In this document: in pieces, positions 59,591 through 64,000 of the stretch
Layout: every line of letters starts with the position of its first letter
Numbering within the stretch: the first letter of the stretch is position 1
Source of the DNA: Candidatus Eiseniibacteriota bacterium
GTDB lineage: Bacteria; Eisenbacteria; RBG-16-71-46; CAVPCR01
Length of the DNA: 64,000 nucleotides
Reading direction: 5' to 3'
Assembly: GCA_963823555.1 (NCBI GenBank)
Contig: CAWGMA010000003.1
Location: 256,001-320,000, forward strand
Notes under the pieces: model-generated
The model's input: the letters and a program-made list of their open reading frames with translations, nothing else
The model's database searches: none
Told to the model about the DNA's origin: nothing
Translations under genes and position numbers: made by a program

Positions 59591-60275
59591 AGCGGAAGGG
59601 CAGCACCACCCGCGACTTGACCGCGACACCCCCGCGATTCGCCGGCCGGAAGATGGAGAGCTTCGCGGCCTCGACCGCGGCCGCATCGAGAACGGCAATC
59701 GTCTCCGAGCGGTGAACTCGAGCTTCGATCACGCGGCCAGTCTCGGCGATCGTCATCCGCACGTAGACGACGCCCTCGATCTTGGCCTGCTTGGCCTGCA
59801 CCGGGTACTCGGGCGCGAAGAGCTTGATGATGACCGGCGGGTCGTCGAAGGGCGGCATCTCCTCCTCCTGCCCCCCGCGTTCACAGCGCATGCGATCGCC
59901 ATCGGTGACGAGTCTTCCTTCCGCCTCGTTCTCCCAGGGGATGGTGATCGCGATCCGCTCGCCCGCGGCGGTCGAGTCCCCCCAGGTGAGGACCACGCTC
60001 CCTCCCTCCTCGGCCCGCTTCATGTGCCGAAAAGGAAGCGAGCCGGCTCGGTCGCGCACCATGAGTGGACCGACCTCGATGCCGGTGAGACTGCCGTTCT
60101 TCGCCTTGAGCGCGGCGACATGGAAGAAGACGGTCTCCCGGCCGCAATGCGCGGTGATCGATTGTTGCGGTGCGGGCGCCTCGGCGCGCGCCGCCGTGAC
60201 GAAGACGAGGAGGAGGGCCAGCGCCAGCGGCGCGCGGCGGGGAAGCGGAGCCGCAGCGACGAGCAGCGCACGCAT
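59580..60275 (-). CDS. Exported protein with a C-terminal TonB domain
   Basis: Signal peptide ending ARA; PEYPVQAKQAKIEGVV, G.V, LDAAAVEA, FRPA and PFRFKL. Confidence 0.85.
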   Translation of the reverse strand: MRALLVAAAPLPRRAPLALALLLVFVTAARAEAPAPQQSITAHCGRETVFFHVAALKAKNGSLTGIEVGPLMVRDRAGSLPFRHMKRAEEGGSVVLTWGDSTAAGERIAITIPWENEAEGRLVTDGDRMRCERGGQEEEMPPFDDPPVIIKLFAPEYPVQAKQAKIEGVVYVRMTIAETGRVIEARVHRSETIAVLDAAAVEAAKLSIFRPANRGGVAVKSRVVLPFRFKL

Positions 60276-60277
60276 GA

Positions 60278-62479
60278 TCAATGCCGTGAGCCGGATTCCG
60301 CGTTCAGCCTGGCGAGGCGAGCGCGGGCGCGGGCCTGATTGGGATTGAGCTTGAGAGCGCGCTCGTAGAACTTGCGTGCCTCCTCGTCCTGGCCGCGGAC
60401 CTCGGCGATGGCGCCGTTCAGGTAGGCGGCGAGCGCGGGCGACGGGGATGCGGCGAGCGCCTCGGCGAACCGGTCCTCGGCCCACTGCGAGCCGCCGGTT
60501 TCGGCAAACAGCTCACCGAGGCGAACGTGGGCGCGCACGGTGTCGCCGGCCGCCGCCAGGTAGCGCGGCTCGACGGCCCGGGCGCGTTCGGGAAGCTCGG
60601 CCTGCGTGAGAGAGACGATCCAGCGGGCGAGCGCCTCGGGATCCTCGACGACTCCCTGGATGCCGGTGGCCTCGATGCCGGCCCGCGGCGTCAAGGCCTC
60701 GCCGTAGCTGAAAGCGGCCTCCCAGAACCGGTGTTCCGCGAAGAGCCGATCGGCCTGGACGAGCGACAGCGGCCGCGGGCGCGCGAGCGCGATCGGGCCA
60801 CGGGCCACCAGTTCGACCTCGCGCTGCACCGGGGCGAGGGCCTGGCCCGACAAACCACCGACGGCGATCGGGGTCCGCGCGACGGCGCTGCTCATGACAT
60901 CGGCGAAGTCGCGTGCGCTGGTCGTCAGGGTCACCACGTCAGGTCGCTTCTGCTCGACATCGTTGAGGTAACGGAAGGTCTCGAGCCGGTTGCGATCGGT
61001 GACCAGGAAGGCGCCGCGGGGAGTCGCCGCCAGCATGGCCTCCGCGTCCTCGCGCGCGAAACGGTCCCCCTGGCGCCAGGGGGCGAGCCTCGGCTCGGGA
61101 CCGGGAGACGGGATGGGGAACGCGGTCGCGATCCAGGGCTTGAGCACCGGCGAGGTGGTGATCCGGGGCAGGAAGGCATAGGTGGCGATCGGAAGCCCGA
61201 TCAGCAGCACGGCGAGCACGATCGCCGTCGCCGGCTTCGCGCGCCGCATGACGATGGCGGCGCCGACCGCCACCCCGACGGTGATGGGTGCCCAGGCGAC
61301 GACGGCGGCCTCGGGACTCAGGAGCGAAGCACCGGCTACCCCGCCGAGGAGGGCGAGGAGGAGAAGTCCCTCGCGGCGGCCACCGCTTCTCGCGAGCAGG
61401 GCAATGAAGCCAACGACGGCGAAGAAGATGCCCGCCAGAAAGGAAGCGAGAAGTCGTGTGCCGACGATGGTGAGCGCGTCGAGCGGAGAGCGCAGCGACT
61501 CCGGTCCGCCCGTGATGCGACGGAAGGCATCGCCCACGGTGGCTGTCGCCTGTGGTGTGGGCACGAGCTCCAGGGTGGCGAGCAGGATCAAGGGGACGAG
61601 ACCCACGATGAACGCGATCACCACGAACCAGGCGGCGCGCGAGATCGGCCGGCCGGATCCCGAGAGCATGACGGTGCCAGCGATGAGATAGATCGGAGCC
61701 AGGAGTCCGACGGCGCGTTGATCGGCGATGGCCAGGGCGAAGAGGACCATGGCCACGAGGATCGTCCAAGCACCGCGGCCCCGCATCCGCGCCACGAAGA
61801 AGGCGGTGGCCAGTGCGAGCAGGAGAGCCACCACGGGCGTGTGGTGCGCGACGACCGCGCGGGCCCAGAACGTATGGGCCACGGCCAGGCTCGAGGCTCC
61901 GGCGGCGGCGAACAGGAGGCGGTGGCGGGGCGCGCCGATCCGGGACGCGTCGAGATGGGCGAGAGCGGTCAGGAAGACAACGAGAATGCAGAGCGCGGCC
62001 ACGACACCGCTCGCCAGGTTGGCGCGATAGGCTTGATCGCCGAGCGGCAGCCACGTCGACCAGGCATAGGGGAACTCGATCCTGGTGAAGAGGTGCTCGA
62101 CCCCGACCGTGAGCGGATGATCGCGCGCCTCGCCACCGAGGCCGAAGAGGACTGCATGCGCCTGAAGGCGAGCGGTTTCCCCGCTGCCAACGGTGGGCAT
62201 CAGAGTCGCCACATAGAGAATGAGCGCCACGGCGAACAGCATGAAGCCGGCGACCCAGGTATGGAACGCGCGCCGCGCACCGGGCTCGATTCCGGGCGTG
62301 GTCGTCGCCGGGGCTTCCCGAGTTGCGATCGGGGGCTCAGGCGGAGGGGGTGCTGGCTCGGGCGGAGGCGGGAACTCGGGCGGAAGCGCTGCTTCCGGCC
62401 TCTGTGGCGGGCCCGGCGCCGCCTCCGCTTCGGGGGGCCATGGCGACGGTGTCTCGGACTCCGGATCGTCTGGGCGCAT
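60278..62479 (-). CDS. DUF2723 / TMEM260-like GT-C membrane protein with C-terminal TPR
   Basis: LYVATLMPTVGSGET, AYRANLAS, AHTFW, many TM segments, FRYLNDVEQKRPDV and TPR-like YERALKLNP. Pro-rich N-terminus. Confidence 0.7.
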   Translation of the reverse strand: MRPDDPESETPSPWPPEAEAAPGPPQRPEAALPPEFPPPPEPAPPPPEPPIATREAPATTTPGIEPGARRAFHTWVAGFMLFAVALILYVATLMPTVGSGETARLQAHAVLFGLGGEARDHPLTVGVEHLFTRIEFPYAWSTWLPLGDQAYRANLASGVVAALCILVVFLTALAHLDASRIGAPRHRLLFAAAGASSLAVAHTFWARAVVAHHTPVVALLLALATAFFVARMRGRGAWTILVAMVLFALAIADQRAVGLLAPIYLIAGTVMLSGSGRPISRAAWFVVIAFIVGLVPLILLATLELVPTPQATATVGDAFRRITGGPESLRSPLDALTIVGTRLLASFLAGIFFAVVGFIALLARSGGRREGLLLLALLGGVAGASLLSPEAAVVAWAPITVGVAVGAAIVMRRAKPATAIVLAVLLIGLPIATYAFLPRITTSPVLKPWIATAFPIPSPGPEPRLAPWRQGDRFAREDAEAMLAATPRGAFLVTDRNRLETFRYLNDVEQKRPDVVTLTTSARDFADVMSSAVARTPIAVGGLSGQALAPVQREVELVARGPIALARPRPLSLVQADRLFAEHRFWEAAFSYGEALTPRAGIEATGIQGVVEDPEALARWIVSLTQAELPERARAVEPRYLAAAGDTVRAHVRLGELFAETGGSQWAEDRFAEALAASPSPALAAYLNGAIAEVRGQDEEARKFYERALKLNPNQARARARLARLNAESGSRH

Positions 62480-62588
62480 GTCATCCTCCGCGCATCTGGA
62501 ACATGCCGCACGTTAGCGCGCCCGGGGTTCCGGCACAAGCCGGCGTCGGGTGTTGTGGTCGATGCCGGCCCCCGTTAACCTCGAGGCC

Positions 62589-63980
62589 ATGAACCAGCAC
62601 ACACCGACAGGGTCACGCGTCCCCATGCTCCGATCGATCAACCCGGCGACCGGTGAAGCGGTGGGCGAGGTGGCGGCCTCGACGCCCGAGGAGGTCGAGA
62701 CCGCGGTGGCCCGTGCCCGCCGCGCGCTTCCCGGCTGGCGGTCGCTGGCCCCGGCGGCCCGGGCCGCCGCGCTCGCCGCGGCCGGGGAGGAGGTGGCGGG
62801 GGCGGCCGGGGCCCTGGCCGACCTGGTCACCGCGGAGATGGGCAAGCTCCGCCGCTCCGCTCTCGCCGAGGCGCAATCCATTGCGGATAGCCTCAAGACG
62901 CTGCACCACCTGATCCCGGCGCTCGAACCCGAAGAACATCGCGACGGCAAGCTCGTGACCCAGATCGTGCGCGATGCTCTCGGCGTGGTCGCCGTCATCA
63001 CGCCGTGGAACTTCCCGCTCTCGATGCCGGAGTCGATGCTATCGCCCGCGCTCCTCGCCGGAAACACGGTGGTATGGAAGCCATCCGAGCTCACCCCACT
63101 CTCGGGGCAGCTGTTGCACGAGAAGCTCGCGCGGACCCTCCCGGCCGGCGTCGTGGAGCTCGTGCAGGGAGCGGATGATGTGGGGAGAGTGCTCGTGGCC
63201 GGCGACGTGCAGATGGTGGCCTTCGTCGGCAGCCAGGCGGCTGGCAAGTCGATCATGGCGGAGGCGGCGAAGAGCCTGAAGCGGCTGGTGCTCGAGCTGG
63301 GAGGCAAGGATCCCATGGTCGTGCTCGAAGATGCCGACCTCGATCGCGCGGCCGATTTCGCGGTGAACGGTTCCTTCCGCAATGCAGGTCAGGTGTGCGT
63401 GTCCGTCGAGCGCATCTATGTGCATGAAGCGGTGGCTGACGCCTTCATCGAAAGAGTCCTGGATCGCGCCCGTCGCTGGCGGATCGGTCCGGGAACGAGC
63501 GATGAGGTGGACATGGGCCCCATGGTGAGCGCAGCCCAGCGCGATCATGTCCTCGCTCAGCTCGAGGAGGCCCGGCGGCGCGGGGCCAGCATCCTCCATG
63601 GCGGGAAGCCGATCGATGGCCCCGGCTGGTTCCTCGAGCCGGCGGTGGTCATCGATGTCGCCGACGATATGGCGCTCATGCAGGTGGAGACCTTCGGACC
63701 CGTGGCGGCGATCCAGCGGGTGAGAAGCGCCGAGGAGGCGATCACCAGGGCCAACGCTACGACCTTCGGTCTCGGCGCCACGGTGTGGAGCTCGCCCGAG
63801 CGGGCTCGCCTCCTGGCGCCGAGTCTCGAGGCGGGGATGGTGGGTATCAATCGCTCGATCGGCGGGGTCGCCGGCACGCCCTGGGTGGGCGCCAAGCAGT
63901 CGGGCTACGGTTTCATCGAGTCCGCCGAGGGGCTCCGGCAGTTCACGCAGACGCGGAAGATCTCGTACGAGGAGTCGTAG
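62589..63980 (+). CDS. Aldehyde dehydrogenase (succinate-semialdehyde dehydrogenase-like)
   Basis: INPATGE, ITPWNFP, KPSELTP, ELGGKDP, GQVCVS, ETFGPV and PWVGAKQSG. Confidence 0.93.
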   Translation: MNQHTPTGSRVPMLRSINPATGEAVGEVAASTPEEVETAVARARRALPGWRSLAPAARAAALAAAGEEVAGAAGALADLVTAEMGKLRRSALAEAQSIADSLKTLHHLIPALEPEEHRDGKLVTQIVRDALGVVAVITPWNFPLSMPESMLSPALLAGNTVVWKPSELTPLSGQLLHEKLARTLPAGVVELVQGADDVGRVLVAGDVQMVAFVGSQAAGKSIMAEAAKSLKRLVLELGGKDPMVVLEDADLDRAADFAVNGSFRNAGQVCVSVERIYVHEAVADAFIERVLDRARRWRIGPGTSDEVDMGPMVSAAQRDHVLAQLEEARRRGASILHGGKPIDGPGWFLEPAVVIDVADDMALMQVETFGPVAAIQRVRSAEEAITRANATTFGLGATVWSSPERARLLAPSLEAGMVGINRSIGGVAGTPWVGAKQSGYGFIESAEGLRQFTQTRKISYEES

Positions 63981-64000
63981 CGGCTCCCGTCCAGAGCAGG

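Overview
High-GC bacterial chromosomal window (about 70% GC by eye) with about 50 densely packed genes. I found no rRNA, tRNA, CRISPR array, transposase or prophage. A secreted metallopeptidase with a C-terminal FlgD-Ig sorting-type domain and Fn3/Ig lipoproteins suggest an FCB-related lineage such as Ca. Eisenbacteria or Krumholzibacteriota (inference). Recognisable modules in order: the end of an arsenosugar (arsS) locus; suhB; a stand-alone B3/4 protein with a lone cobB; a coupled dipeptidase (frameshifted)/di-iron protein/yjbQ operon; uup; a glucosylglycerate cluster (Ggs-like synthase, HAD phosphatase, glycerate kinase) next to a Kef antiporter; an orphan DUF692/MNIO; an M16 peptidase pair; a single-chain UvrD-PD(D/E)XK helicase-nuclease; a flippase; natAB; hflX; htpX; a dinB-DUF72-mrfA-mrfB DNA-damage operon with a palindromic operator; csp; thiL; the conserved tilS-hpt-ftsH-folP-cdaA block; pduO; an aromatic-CoA catabolic cluster; a TonB-domain protein; a DUF2723 protein; and a second aldehyde dehydrogenase. 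Best candidate for an undescribed system: a compact benzoyl-CoA epoxidation (Box-like) pathway with a short BoxB, a half-length BoxC-like crotonase, a PaaR-type TetR and operator, and no BoxA in the window. Next best: the dinB-DUF72-mrfAB operon with a possible new SOS-type box. Other signals: recurring leaderless promoters, two probable non-AUG starts, and a long structured 5' leader. All assignments come from motif recognition by eye; no database searches were run.
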